From the NCBI GenBank assembly GCA_013265495.1, contig MU057848.1:62001-106219 (forward strand): a stretch of 44,219 bases of DNA. The letters run 5' to 3'. The notes beneath the pieces are model-generated. The model worked only from the letters and a program-made list of their open reading frames with translations. It made no database searches and was not told where the DNA came from. Shown here piece by piece: positions 1-13,416 of this stretch. The position numbers were made by a program, and so were the translations under genes. Origin of the DNA: Vicugna vicugna. Taxonomy: Eukaryota. Numbering within the stretch: the stretch's first letter is position 1; the number at the start of each line of letters is the position of its first letter.

Positions 1-569
1 ATTACCAGGCCCTTCTAGTGTGAGTGGTTTATCTGGCTATGATTCACCACCGCAGGCATAAAGCCTAGAAAATGCCTGGCCCCGAATAAGGACTCAGTGA
101 ACGTTTGCTGTGTAAACAGCTCCTCATTCTGTTGATGAGGAGCCTGAGGCCTGGAGGAGTGATGTCACCTTCCCAAGGTCACAGGAAGGAGTGAAGAGGT
201 GGCGATTGGCTTTTAATTAATGTAAGAAAAGGGTACTTCTGATTTAGGGGTAGGAATAAGAAACTGCATCAAAATTAATAAGTGAGGTGCAAGAGTGAGT
301 TTGAGATAAGCCATGTGAACGCGCTCTAACCTGCAGGGACAGCTGTAAGTGACGCAGTTTGTGGACAGAAGTCATAGCGCTGGACTCTGCAAAGTTTCTG
401 CTCCTGGGCTTTCTTGTGCTCCAGGGCTTTTTTTTTTTTAAACAGCAGGAACTATAATTTAATCATATCATATTGGACTATGTAAGATTCTATATTTTGC
501 CTGTTGTTCTATTCAGAACAATGTTTTTCTTCTGGGTCCCCCCCCCCTCAGTGGAGTGACTATTAATTA

Positions 570-1420
570 ATTAATTGAAGTTGATTTACAATGTTTTGTT
601 AATTTCTGGTGTACAGCATAGTTACACATCTATCTTCAGTTATACATCTTCTTTTTCATGTTCTTTGTCATTATAGGCTGTTCCAAGATCTTGAATGCAG
701 ATCCCTGTGCTGTGCAGGAGGACCCTGTTGTTTGTCTCTTTTGTATATACTAGTGTGTATTTGCTAATCCCAAACTCCTGATTTATCCCCCTCATTTCCC
801 CTTTGGTAACCATAAGTTTGTTTTCTATGTCAGTGAGTCTCTTTCTGTTTCATAAATAAGTTCACCTGTGTCCTTCTTTTAGACTCCACATAGAAGTGAT
901 ATCATATGATATTTGTCTTTCTCTGACTTACTTAGTATGATCATCTCCAGGTCCATCCTTGTTGCTGCAAATGGCATTATTTATCTCATTCTTTTCTATG
1001 GCTGAGTAGTATTCCATTGTATACATATACACCACATCTTTTTTATCCATTCATCTGTCCAGGAACATTTAGGCTGCTTCCACATCTTGGCTACTGTAAA
1101 TAGCACTTCTGTGAACATTGGGGTGCACATATCTTTTTGGATTAGAATTTTCTCCAGATATATGCCAGGAATAGGATTGTTGGATCATATGTTAACTCTA
1201 GTTTTTAAAAGAATCACCATACTGTTTTCCATAGTGGCTACACTAAATTACACTCCCAGCATTTACCGTTTGTGGACTTTTTAATGATGGCCATTCTGAC
1301 TGGTGCAGGTGATCACTCATTGCAGTTTTGATTTGCATTTCGCTTATAATTAATGATATGTAGCATCTTTTCATGTGCCTATTGGCCATCGCTATGTCTT
1401 CATTGGAGAAATGTCTACTT
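570..1420 (-). mobile_element. LINE-1 3' fragment (ORF2 end and 3' UTR), cetartiodactyl-type
   Basis: Antisense L1 hallmarks: 'ccctttggtaaccataagtttgttttctatgtc', 'ggctgagtagtattccattgtatacatataccacatctt', 'gttttgatttgcattt', 'ttggagaaatgtcta'. Boundaries approximate. Confidence 0.9.
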
Positions 1421-2399
1421 AGGGTTTTGTTCTGGGGGTTTGGGGAGGCTGGCTTTTAAAGGGAAGGATGGTGGTTACTAATCATCCGTCACAATGAGAA
1501 CTGTTGTTTCGAGGACCTCAGAGGGAGCCTGAGCTCAGCATGCCCGTCCTCGCCTCCAGGAGCTGGGGCTGCTGTGGGAAAGAAAAGCCAGTCCATGGAA
1601 ACTGCACCTGTCACAGGCACATTCGGGGAGTCTCCTTCCCATTAATCAAGCTGTTGTCTCCTGACTTGTCAGAAAACCGTCTAGATGTGTTTGAGCCTAT
1701 CGGCCAGGTGGAGCTGGGCAGCCCCACCGGCTGCTTTCCTTGAGGGTGGCCAGATGGCTGTGTTCAGGGTGACCTGAGAGAAGGAAGGGGTTCTCTTCCT
1801 GTTTTCCTGAACAGGAGAAAAGTGCAACAAACCGACAAATCCCCGCTACTGAGGGTATCAGAGAAGCCAACGGCACACCTGCCTACGGCCTCAGAGCATG
1901 CAGGGCAGCTCTGCTATTTTTGTCCAGTTAAACACTGGCATCTGGGCAGCTGGCCGCTCAAGGTACAACAAGTCAACAGAGGAGAAAATTAAAGCCCAAA
2001 CTCTCCCTGTAATTTATCCATCACAAACTGCACTGACTCCCCGCTTGTCTGCATGCAGGTCGAGCTCATTTCACTGCTTCCACTGTGTCTGTTTAAAGAG
2101 AAAACAAAAGAATTGTCTCAGGGGAGTAAGATAAACCAAAACATGAAACCGCAACAACAATTCTTTCATTTTATGTATGGCTCAAATGACTTTGTTTTCT
2201 CTGCTGGTTAAGATGAAAATGAGTCTGCATCATACTGATTAATGACTGTTGTCATTATTTCAAGTTGGATGTCACTTGAAAAGACAATATGCTCCGGAAT
2301 TCTTTTTTTCCTGAATCTAAGTTCTCTAGACCAAGAAAGCAAAGCCCCAGTTAGAGACTCTAATGAGGTTTTCTTCAGCTTCTAAAAATATCAGTGCAC

Positions 2400-2525
2400 A
2401 TTAGACGTTATTATCATCAATTTATGGATGGAGATCAGAGAAGTAGAGTGACTTGCCCAAGGTCACACCATCAGAATGAGTCAGAGCTAAGACAAACCTC
2501 AGTCTGTCTGAGCCAAAGCCTCAAA
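2400..2525 (-). mobile_element. MIR SINE fragment
   Basis: MIR core 'agagaagtagagtgacttgcccaaggtcacacc...agtcagagct' in antisense orientation. Confidence 0.7.
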
Positions 2526-3569
2526 GTTTCCTGAGTTTCATGTAGGAGATCATGGTCAGTAGGGCAGAGACCTACAGAGGAGTGTAGCCAAGACACTGTG
2601 AAGCAGGAGCTATTTTGGTAAACATAGACGTTATTCTAACTTTTGAAAAGTAGTTTTGGTTGACAGGTGGGGTGGGAGCTGGATTGCTTGGAAGGGCAAG
2701 TTAAGTTTTATGTCATATCTCCCCAGTGAGATTTTATGCTCCTTGAAGACAAGTACTTCAAAAGAGTACACAGTTAGGTCTGCAGGAAAATTTCCTTTGT
2801 AATGCACCCAGCGGAGCCAAGAACAAAGATACCTTCCAGTTTGCCAGTGATGCTGTTGACAACGCTGCCAGTGAAGGACGGTGTCTGCCAGGGTGACGGC
2901 AGGCATAGGATTCTGCTGCTGTCCAAGTGTGAAGACGAGAGCTCCATCCCAGCCATGTCTGGAAAGAGAAGAGTTTGGAATTCCAGGATAACAGGGATAG
3001 GCAAAAAGGAAGATTTATATGTTGTGCAGAGACACCAGAAGAGGACCGGCGGCGCAAGGGCACCTGGGGAAGCAGAGAGCGGGAAGGCTTGCTGATGACA
3101 AGGGGGGTGAGCCGCATCCCCGGCTCCGCTGACTGGGGAAGCAGCGGAAGAGATAGGCTGGGAGAGAAAGAACGCCATATTGAACAGGTGGGGAGACATA
3201 AGAAACTCTTCCTCTTTATGTTCAGGGAGGAGGGTGGTGAGGAACCTGAAGAACCCACTCTCATTTCCAAGGCTCAGGGAGTGCAGTGAGGAAGGAATTT
3301 GAACACCTGCCAGAGCAGGTGAGCAGGGCTTGGGAAGAGAATCTGGTGCCAGCACGGAGATGCTAGCAGGAGGTGGAAGAGGGTCTGAGAGTGCACACCT
3401 CATCGTTTGCACCAGCTTGGCCGTGGTCAGAAGCAAACGTGCTGCCCGTTCCTGCAGAGGAAGGCTGACCATGTCAAATGCCACCACAGCAGAGCTCTGA
3501 GGCAGACATGAGCAACTAAGGTCACGGAAACCCCTCAGAGCTGGGAAATGGGGGTGCCAGAGGAATGCG

Positions 3570-4130
3570 AGTTTTTTAGTTATTACACAAGTGCTATATA
3601 TTCACTGGAGAAAAATCGCAGAGAAGCCAAAAAATAAAAATAATTAACACATAATCGCTATTAACATGTTGATGCAATTCCCCCCCAGACATTCTTCTCC
3701 CTTACACACGCACATACATTTATGTTTAGGGCATTACATGACACTCTGCATACTCTTTGGAAACCTCCCTTTTCACTTAAAATATATACAGAGCATTTGT
3801 CTATGTTTATGAATAACGTCTTCCTATTAAATGCCTGTTGATCTTCCATCATAGTGGTGGGCCCTTGACATCCAGCTCCTCCAGTTGGGAAGTTTAGGTG
3901 GCTTCCAGTTTTTCCCATCATCAAAAGTGATTTTTGGTACCTTTGTCAGACATTTCCTTACAAGTGGACTTGCTAAATAAAAGGTCTTGTACACACTGAG
4001 AGCTTTGGAGATATATCGCCAAATTGCCCACCTGAAGGGCGTCACCGGCTTACATCCTTCCAGAAGTAAGTGTAAGCATCAGTCTCTCCCCATCCTCACG
4101 CTCACAGAGTATCATCATTAAAAAAAAAAA
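3570..4130 (-). mobile_element. Old LINE-1 (L1M-type) fragment
   Basis: Degenerate antisense L1 motifs 'tttaggtggcttccagttttt', 'atatcgccaaattgccc', 'ttacatccttccag', 'ccccatcctcac'. Confidence 0.6.
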
Positions 4131-7100
4131 TTGATGCTGTTAAAATTTGAGAGTCTTGAAAGAATACCATGAACTAACTCCTCCTGGAACCCCCTGACAG
4201 CACTCTTTAGGAAGAAAAGGTTTAGGTACTGGGGACATTTAGAGCCCCCAGTGGTGGATTTGAAGAAATCAAGCTACATATAAACAAGTGCATTTAAGGC
4301 CTGGGCAGTGGTGGTGACTGGGTTCTCTCCCTGTCAGGTTTAACACATAGACTCAGGAGACAGCTTCAGCTGTCAGAACTGACAGTTTAAAGAGGAGCGG
4401 GCCCAGGTAACTGTCTCCTGGGGACACAGGTGGAGAGAGACAGCACCTTCCTGTCTCATACTTCCCAGTGATTCCAAGCCAGTTTCCCAAGTTTTGTCTT
4501 TCTGTTATAAAAATATCACCCTGGCTTTAAAATAAAGAAATCCACTGAACTCCTCCATCCCTTGCAGGCAAAAGGTTGAACTTCATCTGGGTCCCATTTG
4601 AGAAGGGCAGGCGTGCAAAAGTCTGACACAAATGGTGCAGATAAGATCGAGCGCTCACAAGTGTTCCACATTCAAAGCATGTGTCTCTAATACTAATCAG
4701 ATAACTGGCTTTTAGTTCTTACATCTGGCACAGAGCTCTTGCTTTTATGTTTCCTATTTGTTCCCAGAAGGTAATAAAATTCACACTTGTATCTCATAAT
4801 CAATACACAGCATCTCTTCAGGCACTTCTGCACATTACAAGCACCTGGGCTCTGGCCCGCCTCACATAAGGGAACCGTATGCTGCTTCGGATCTGCCCTT
4901 GCTGAGATGCTCAGTTCAGAGACCTCGTCATTGGGTGATTTAGCAGGCAGGCCTTGTTTCCCCAGCTAAGCAGGGCAAGGGCAGACAGCGAGAGGGACAG
5001 GCTGAGCTCACAGTTGGGATGGTGGGCACAGCACAGTACATTCCAGTGGGGACTGTTGAGCTATTTACCTAGAAACCAGAAGTGCCAACTCAGAATTGAG
5101 TGGAAAATTTGCCCTCAGAAACAGTGAGCTTGTTAGGGCGCATGGCTGGTAAGTGACGGAGAGGAATCCTGTCTGTGCTCAGAGCAGCCACATCACAGCA
5201 ATCTGCAACTTGGGTGTGTCGGACTGCTCTTGGCACGCTGCCCATGTGGGGTGACAGACGTGACGTTTGCCGGGAGGGACCCATGCTTGAATAGGCAGAA
5301 CTCATCGTATTTTCCTGAACTGACTTAATATCAGTCAAAATGCAGCGCAAGTCACAATTCTATGTTTGGGGACTGATGGGCATGGACAAAGTAGTTTGGT
5401 ATTTTGTAGCTATCTCAAGTTCATACTCAAGAGTAAAAAGAGAAACACCCTATCCGAGTTTTCTTCTCAGAGACGAGGGTCTCAGACTTCATCTTCCTGC
5501 TTTAGCTTTGCTGAAGGTGCTGCAATCTCTCTCCACGGGAAAGCAAGCACATTCTCACACCTCAGGAACGTGTGACTTATTGCCTAAATGCTAATGAGAA
5601 TAAGCTTATGTCATAATTTTTGTTCTTACCATTTTATCTTTATATATCTTAAATATACATATTTGTCATTGTAAGATTTGTCTCTTTCACAAAACTCTAA
5701 ATGAAAGAAAACACTGTTTCTCTTCTTTTAAAGTAATCCATTTAGGTTCAGTTGTCCAGAAAACAAAAGATGAGGAGCCTGGACTCTGGTGAGATGAGCA
5801 TGGTGTTCAGGGCACACCATGTAAGGAGGCACACGCTCAGAGACGTGTAAGTGGAGGGGTGGAACCTGTGGGCAGGCAGCCTCCTGGAATAGTGTCCTGG
5901 TCCCTCCACCTGCCTCACCCTCGTCCTGGCTCTGAGCATGATGATCATCTCAGACCTTTCTTTGGACCCATCAGTGACACCTGGCCTTTAGATCCTTCGC
6001 TAGACATTTATTAAGGATTTATGCTGGAGGTCAGGAACTGTGCTTTGTAGTGTGTGGTATGTGAAGAACAGATTGCCTTACAGCAAAGAGGTTCCTCTTC
6101 ACTGATCTCCAGGTAGCTCAGCTCCTAACAATACAGGTTGACTGTTACTCTTTTGATGTCCATCCTAGTTTACATTACATCTTTGCCTCTGTTACATTTT
6201 TGTGCCAAAAATCTAGAAACATACCACCAAGTGACCAGAAGTCTCAAAGGCTGATTGCTTGAACTGCATGATTTTACATTTTTTTTCCAGCTTTTGCTTT
6301 ATTTATAAACAGTAAAGTTCACTCGGTTCACCTGGCTTCTTACTTTTAGTTCAGTCTGAAATATGAAGTGAGGTCGTTTTTAGAACAGTGCATCCAGCAG
6401 TCTCCTCATCTCCCCTCGTACATCTTATTGGCCACAGTACACGAAATTGTGCGCCAGGCTTTCTAGAAGTGCGTGTAAATATCCGCCTCTCTCTTACCTT
6501 TTGTGGTAGCAGTTTATCGAGGAAACTTATCTCCAATCGGCTAGGCATTAAACTCTCCCTTGCATACACCCACATTGGACGTCTCTGATCAAATTATAAT
6601 TTCCAAAGTATTCCATCACTGAGTCCAGTGAAATTGTTCCTAACATTTTCCCATGACTGGGTGACTTTCAAAATCTTGGCAGTGCTACACAAGTGTTTTC
6701 CCAAATGCTTCATTACATTAAGATTTGCACAGATGCTCTTTTTATCAGCAGGAATTCTTGGCCCATTTGGAGAAAAAACAATCTGATGAATTTTTTTCCC
6801 TTTTCTCTAGCCTCTTGCATTTCACTTCATTGGGGCTGCCGTCTGCGAGCTTGCCACCGTAACAGAGGACAACCCTCTGTGGACTCATAAATCAGAATTG
6901 TTCATATTTATGGCTTTGTTGGTCTTTCAAAATCCAGTGTGAGGGTTGGGTTTTTTCCCCCGTCTCTTAAAAATTTATCTTTTGTTCTTTTTTAAGGGCA
7001 CCATGGTATGGAATGAAGGTTATCTTCTGGTTTTTAACTCCAAACTGAGTACAAGGAAAGCCTTACACAAAAGCACCAGCACCAAGAATCTGGGGTTCAA

Positions 7101-7285
7101 AGATGCAGGTCATTCTCTTGTCACTGACTTGGCAAATCCCAGCCTTGCGTTTTTGAGGATCTTCCAACAAATACCTTACCAAGTGCCTATTATGTGCCAG
7201 ACTCTTGGGCTGGAAACTGGGAGCGCTCTGATTCAAAAGGCAATCTTTTTTTAGCCTCTGTCCTCGTGGAGTTTGCCGTCTAATG

Positions 7286-7507
7286 CAGAGGTCACTACAC
7301 TTTTTCCGTAATAGGCTAGCGAGTAAATATTTGGGGCTTGGAAAGCCACAAGGCCTCTGGCACAACAGCTCATCTCGCCTTGAAGAGGGGAAGCTGCCCA
7401 GGCAGTCTGCGCAGTGAATATGAGTGACTGCTGCCCAGTGCAGCTTTAGTTACAAAACCAGGCAGTGGGCTGGACTGGGCGTATGGGCCAGAGTCTGCCA
7501 GCGTCTA
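7286..7507. mobile_element. MER58A-like hAT-Charlie DNA transposon
   Basis: Collinear with the recalled MER58A consensus: 'cagaggtcactacactttttccgtaataggctagcgagtaaatatttggggctt...ctttagttacaaaaccaggcagtgggctggac...gggccagagtctgcca'. Confidence 0.75.
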
Positions 7508-8769
7508 GCCAAGTGAGAGCAAGAAAGAAGTGGAAACAAGTAAGAGCTCAGTGCAGTAATTACCACGTGACCACTGGCATTGAAGAAACAGGCGCCGAGA
7601 CGGAAATGAGGGGGGTGGGGGGCTTCCCTTGGACGGGGCGGTCTGGGAGGGAAAGGCGGCCTGGTGGGGGGGGGGCGTCATTTAAGCTGGACCCTGAGGG
7701 AGGCGAGCAGTCAGCAGTGTGAAAGGAGGACTTCAGGGAGAACTGCGGTTCCGAGGAGGCAAAGCGCTGGTGAGTCTGAGTTGCCAAAAGGCCGCTGGGG
7801 CCGCCTTCGATGCCGCCCAGCTTTCTTCGTGCCTGCAGTGGGGTGCTCCTGGGGGACATGGGCAGTCTGTTGGTGTACCCCACAATCTGGCCTTTGAAAG
7901 CAGCTGCTCAGGCTGCCCTGGGGGGCTCCCTGGGATTCCCAGTGTGTGGGTAATGGCCGCACCTCTAGCCACCCAGGTAGAGTGGGGTGGGTGGGGTGGG
8001 GGCGCTTACTTTTTCTTTTTTTTCCTTCTACTTCTTAAGGGAGGACCTTTCACCAGTACATGGAAAACAGAAAACATGCTTGGAATGTGTCAGGCTAAGC
8101 AAAAACACGTGGTCTGGATATATTCTACTAAAATAGAGCAAGAGAAAGGTGGGAAATAGAGCAGCCTCCTATAAACCATCATTTGTCCAGGGAAAAGGTT
8201 TCTGACGGATGTGCAGGGTACCATTGTATGTGTGTGTGTGTTTGATTTCCAAGGCAGAATTTCATCGTCTGGTCGTATCTGAAGAACAGGATGCATGTGC
8301 TTTGTGTGTCCGGAAGCTGTGTCTCTGGTGTGGCTAGCCCTGAACCCCACTGGGTATTAAAATTCCCTGTGGGTACCAAACCGGCCAGAGATCCCTGGTC
8401 AGGGCAGAGGCTGAGCAGGTAGGGGAATCCGTAGTTCTGTGCAGTCAGAATGCTAAGACACTGCAGTCCTGTGTGGTGGGGCTCAGCAGAATCGTGGAGT
8501 GATATGACCTCTTCCCTTTCCTGACCTGCCCCATCCGTGCTCCATGCAATACCCAGAGCCACCTGTTCAAAGCACCACTTCACAGCACCACCTCTGTGGA
8601 TCTGTCCCTCTCCCACATGCACACACACATACATGTGCACACACACGTACATACACATACATTACATGGTGCCCTATGGCTTTTAAGATAATGGTAAACA
8701 AGCCCAACATGGTACAAAATATCCCTATAATTAGGCCTTTGTCGTTTCTCCAAGAGTCATCTTGTCCTT

Positions 8770-9215
8770 TTCTCCAGCACCACTGAACTTATCAATTCTA
8801 CCAACCCATCATGCCTCCTCCCGCTGCACAACCTCTGTCCATGCTGTTCCCTCTACATGGAAGCACTGTTCCCTGACACGTCTTCCCTTTGTTTGCAGCT
8901 CAAACACCTGGACTTCTAATCAAGTCCATTTTCTCTAAATCCCTACAACACCCTTTGTTTTTCTTTCAAAGCACTTATTGCTACTATAGTTTTCTACTTG
9001 GTTGTATTATTTGATGACTGTTGATTCATCTTTGATTAAGCTTGGTGCTCACTACCCCCTCCCCCACCATCAGTTCTGCAGGAAACAGGGCACGGTCTGG
9101 GTATAATTTTTGTGTTGATCCTATTTTTGTTTTGTTCTGTTCATCTTTTTACTAAAACAGTGTGTAGTATGTGGTTGAAACTAAATACAGTACATTTTTT
9201 CAATGAATGAGTGAC
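8770..9215 (+). mobile_element. L2 LINE 3' fragment
   Basis: 'catgctgttccctctacatggaa', 'cagctcaaacacc', 'aaagcacttattgcta', ending in the L2-type tail 'tcaatgaatgagtga'. Confidence 0.55.
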
Positions 9216-11879
9216 TTTGCTTCCTCTTGCAATGGATACCTGATGATCTTCAGTAATTTATCCTATTACCTAGGGGTTTCCCCTCTGCCAGGGCATCTAT
9301 CCAATCAAAGATGCATTGGTCCTTGACTGGGTATTTCAACAGTGAAAGGAGAAGGGGGGAGGGGAGGGTTAATGACAGTCCTTTCTGGAATGAAGATTTT
9401 CTGAGGGAAAGATGTTAGGAGATTATCCACTGACTCCTCCTCATATAGGTGAGAAACTAAAGGATTTCAAGGCCAAAGTCTCGTTAGATTGCCATTCATC
9501 TTTACAGCCTGAATTGTCAGTTCCTTGGACACAAACTCTTCCTGTAAGACATACTGCCTGCTCCCAGTCTCACTCAGTCTCAGTGCAACATCTTTCCTGA
9601 GTGCAGTGCCCTTTTTTTTTATCTTAAAGCAAGATTAACTTCTAGAAAATAATAAAGCTTCATCACCTCTTCCCATTCTCTCTTGGAATACCCCCTCTCC
9701 AGTATCGTTGTCCACCCTGAACTAAGCCCAGTGCCCCTTTCCACTCCAAGGGTGCCCAGCACCTTCTAGATGGTGTGCTTGTGTCCACCTTTCCTGACCC
9801 TGTATCACCCTTGAAACGTACCTGTCTGTTCCACATCCATGATACACTGATTTGTAATTTCGCTGATTCCACTGTCAAACTGTCTAGTTGTGTTCATGGC
9901 TGTATATGCAGTTCATCTCGGTAAACACCCACATCCAAACCAGGACCTCCTGGAACTGCTTAGCAGTAGGAACCTAGGACACTCTTACAAACCTGTGTGG
10001 GAGCTTTTCACCCAACTTGTGTTCGTTCAGCCCAGTTCTCAGCAGAAAAGAAAAAAACTAGATTTCACTTCTAACACAGGAATTTCCCCCCGCCCTATGT
10101 ATACTAAAGGCTGCTGCTTCTCATCACAACTGAACTGACTTGACTTCTCCATCACTTTCCATCTATACATGGACTGAAAGTTAACTCTTGAGTGATATTG
10201 AGCCCATCCAAGTTTCAAGAAGTCGTTCAGCTTCATTCCACATCAAGCTTGCCAACATGTGGACAGTGCAAAATTCCCTGGGCTCTCTCATTGGCTCAGC
10301 CATGCCATTTGGAGCTAACTCTCCCCACCTTACCTGCAACTGTGGAATATGTCCCAGGTCCCTGGGCTTAACTTCCCCATTTGTAAAATGATTCTGATTG
10401 CTTTTTGTGTCTTTCTAGGCACCTACATTTAATTGTGGAGAGCAGGGCATGAATTCGATTCATTGTTCAATATCTGGGAAGCGTGGTTAAAATGAGCCAG
10501 GTGTCCAACAATGGGGAATGGTGGGGAGTATGGTGAATTGGAGAGCAGGTACCCACCAAGGGGGACAGCAGGACTTAGCAGACAATGGGGCTGTCTCTCC
10601 AACATCAACTCTGCCCTTCCCCCACTGGGCAGCGACCCATATGTTTAGGATGCGACCCACCCCAAGCCACATGTTATGTCCCTGACTGGTATAAACTAAT
10701 CAGAGGACCCTTGTACCCCTTGCTATCATGACTGTTTCAGGTCATCCAAGTTTAAGCCAACCCACAGAATGGTATTCCCAAAGCCACAGGTATCAGTTCA
10801 AAGTGGCCCAGTCAGCCCAAATCTTGGGAGTCTTTGCTGGAAATTTTGAGAAAAACAAAGGCTGTTTCCTCTCAGTTCTACAGAAGGCAGTTGTAAAGTC
10901 TAGAACCAGAGCCACCATTTATAAGGAAGCTAGTATCTTAGAAGGAAGACTGGAGAAGCAGAAAGTTACTGCGGGTTCCTGACCACCTTATAGGGCCCTA
11001 AATCTAACCAACTTCACCTTCTAATCTCTGAGCCTTTCAGGTACTTGGCTTGGGTTTTCCTTTACTTGTAACGCAATTCTTACCCAGTTCAGCTCCATCG
11101 AATATTTACTGTGTGAGCATGCAGACCCACACATTTCAGATCTTCCTTTTTTCCCCTAAGAAAATTTGAATATTTGGGTTTTTAGCTTAAATTTCATTAT
11201 TAGAGTACCTTTTGGGCCAAGCAAACCATCTCTGTAAGCTTCTGGTTCATACCTCCCAGTGCTCTAGGGGTCTGATTTTAATATTCTCTGCTTATGTGAC
11301 CACAAATCCTTGCTAGATGCCCAGGTATTTTCTTTCCAATAATCATAACCTGGCTTTATATCATCTGCTCTGTCTTAAAATCTTAGCATTATCAGGGGTG
11401 CTGAAGAAGCTGTCACCAGCTCCCGTCACTGAGCTAGTGACGTCTGAATGACTTAGGACTCCGATGGCTCACAAGATTCAGGCAGGATGAGGGAATTAGG
11501 AAAAAACTTAAGGGTGTCTCATACCTACCTTCTCAGTGCTGTCCTCTTCATCACAACCTCCGGTGGGCCGGAAGGAGGCCCTGCGGGACCTCTGCGACAT
11601 CTCCTGGCCCTCTTCTGGGCTCTGAGTTTTTCATTGAGTCATAGACCATTGGAATTGGGAGGTACTTTACTGATAATCCGCTTGAGCCTCCTCATTTTAC
11701 AGATGGGACCAGATAGGGGAGAAATTTTGTAATTTAGAAGGTGACAAGCTTAAAATCCCCAACTTCTGACACTAGTTTTATGTTATTTACATTGTACTAT
11801 GTGTGATTCTTAATTTTCTCCCAAACCAAACCATCTAAGCCTAAAAAGGTATCTTTGACCAGGACTGGTTTAAGTTTGG

Positions 11880-12135
11880 ACTCACACTGGTAATAACACA
11901 TGGTCAAGGAATGTTACGGGGTCAGATAGTCCTGAGTTTGAGTTCAGCTCTACCATTTACATCTACAGGATTTGGGGCAACTGACTTAAGCTCCCTGAGC
12001 CTCAGTTTCTCCCATATGTAAGGAAGTATGAAGCTGTACATCTCTTCGTTGTTACGACAATTAAAGAAACCAATCACGTAAAACATTTCACGTAGTATCT
12101 GGCATATAGTGGGCATTTAACAAATGTAGTTAACC
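11880..12135 (+). mobile_element. MIR SINE
   Basis: 'gtcagatagtcctgagtttgagttcagctctaccattta...gacttaagctccctgagcctcagtttctcccatatgtaa...gtatctggcatatagtgggcatttaacaaatgtag'. Confidence 0.85.
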
Positions 12136-12409
12136 TTTTTCTTTTCAGGAAGCTTAAGAATCTTGGAAGGAGGCATCGCTCCTTAACTCTTACCTAGTGG
12201 ATTCTATTCATGGATCTATTTGTGCCTGCATTTATAAATCAGGGATTCACTGAGCAGCCACTGTGTGCCATGTAATTGCTGGGCACTGCAGGCCCAGTGT
12301 GAGTAACTGAGACATGGGCCCTGCTCTCTGAGAGTTTATAATCCAGCAGGGAAGACGGTCATTTAAATGAGCGCATAGAAAATATGAGCCACCAGCCATG
12401 TTAAGGAAA

Positions 12410-12875
12410 CAGTATAATATGTGGCTAAAATGAAAGGCTTGGGAATCTGACCACCTGGGATTGAGCCCTGCCTCTGCCCTCTGCCCACATGTCACCTTGG
12501 GCAAGTTACTTAACCACTCTGTGCCTTAGTTCCCTTATCTCTAAAATGGGGATAAATTAGGAGTTTGGGATTAGCAGATAGAGACTACTGTATACAAAAT
12601 AGATAAACAACAAGGTCCTACTGTATAGCACAGGGAACTGTATTCACTAGCTTGTAGTAACCTGTAATAAAAAAGAATATGAAAAGGAATATATATATGT
12701 AATTGAATCATTATGCTGTGCACCAGAAACTAACACAACACTGTAAATCAACCGTACTTCAGTAACAAAATCTTAAAAAATAAAATAAAGTGAGGATGAT
12801 AGTAATTCTTCCGTCGCAGGACTGTTGTGAGGGTTCAAGTATATATAACTGTGCCTGGCACTCAATAAACATTCT
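12410..12875 (+). mobile_element. MIR SINE interrupted by an L1 3' fragment
   Basis: MIR 5' half 'accttgggcaagttacttaaccactctgtgccttagttcccttatctctaaaatggggata' (to ~12555) resumes after ~12788 as 'gtgaggatgatagta...ctgttgtgaggg...gtgcctggcactcaataaa'. Confidence 0.8.
12558..12790 (+). mobile_element. Short L1 3' UTR fragment (cetartiodactyl-type) with A-rich tail
   Basis: 'gagtttgggattagcagata...aaaatagataaacaacaaggtcctactgtatagcacagggaact...ccagaaactaacacaacactgtaaatcaac' followed by an A-rich tail. Confidence 0.9.
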
Positions 12876-13416
12876 GTGTCATGCTGTCTGGGATGACAGG
12901 GTTCTCACAAAGGCCAGATGTCTTCATTTCTGCTGAGAGGCCACAGCCATGCTCCTGCACGTCTGAGCTGAACGGAGAAGCAGCTCCAAGCTGACTCCCA
13001 GGCACGAGGAAGACAGAGCTGGGGCCTGGCAGCCACAGAAGAACTAAGCAGCCATGTCCTTGGGGCTCCAAATCCCTCTGCCCACATCACTAGGCCAGGT
13101 ACTTGGCCCCCACACCTCAGGCTCCGTCCAGAGAGATCACCCGCTCCAGACAGCCAGGGGTGGGGCCTCTGCCAGGTTGTCACCCATAAAGGAACAAACA
13201 TAATTGTTTGCTTTTTCTTCCACTTACAGACATTTTATCCCACAAAGTCGCAGATAATGTGGAAGAGTGGCCTCTCCAGGGTGGGCTCTCCTGCAGGAGG
13301 GTTTTCTTATGTGGGCTGGCCGTTCAGTCACATGACCTAACACAGACAGAGCCTGCTTTTCCCTGATGAACTCCACCTGGCTTTGAACATCTGTCAGAAG
13401 CTGGGATGTTATTCTT

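Noticed and set aside
2758..3487. 237-aa and 170-aa - strand ORFs
   Set aside because: No recognisable homology, a non-ATG start for the longer one, Ser/Leu/Pro-rich composition and no clear splice framing.
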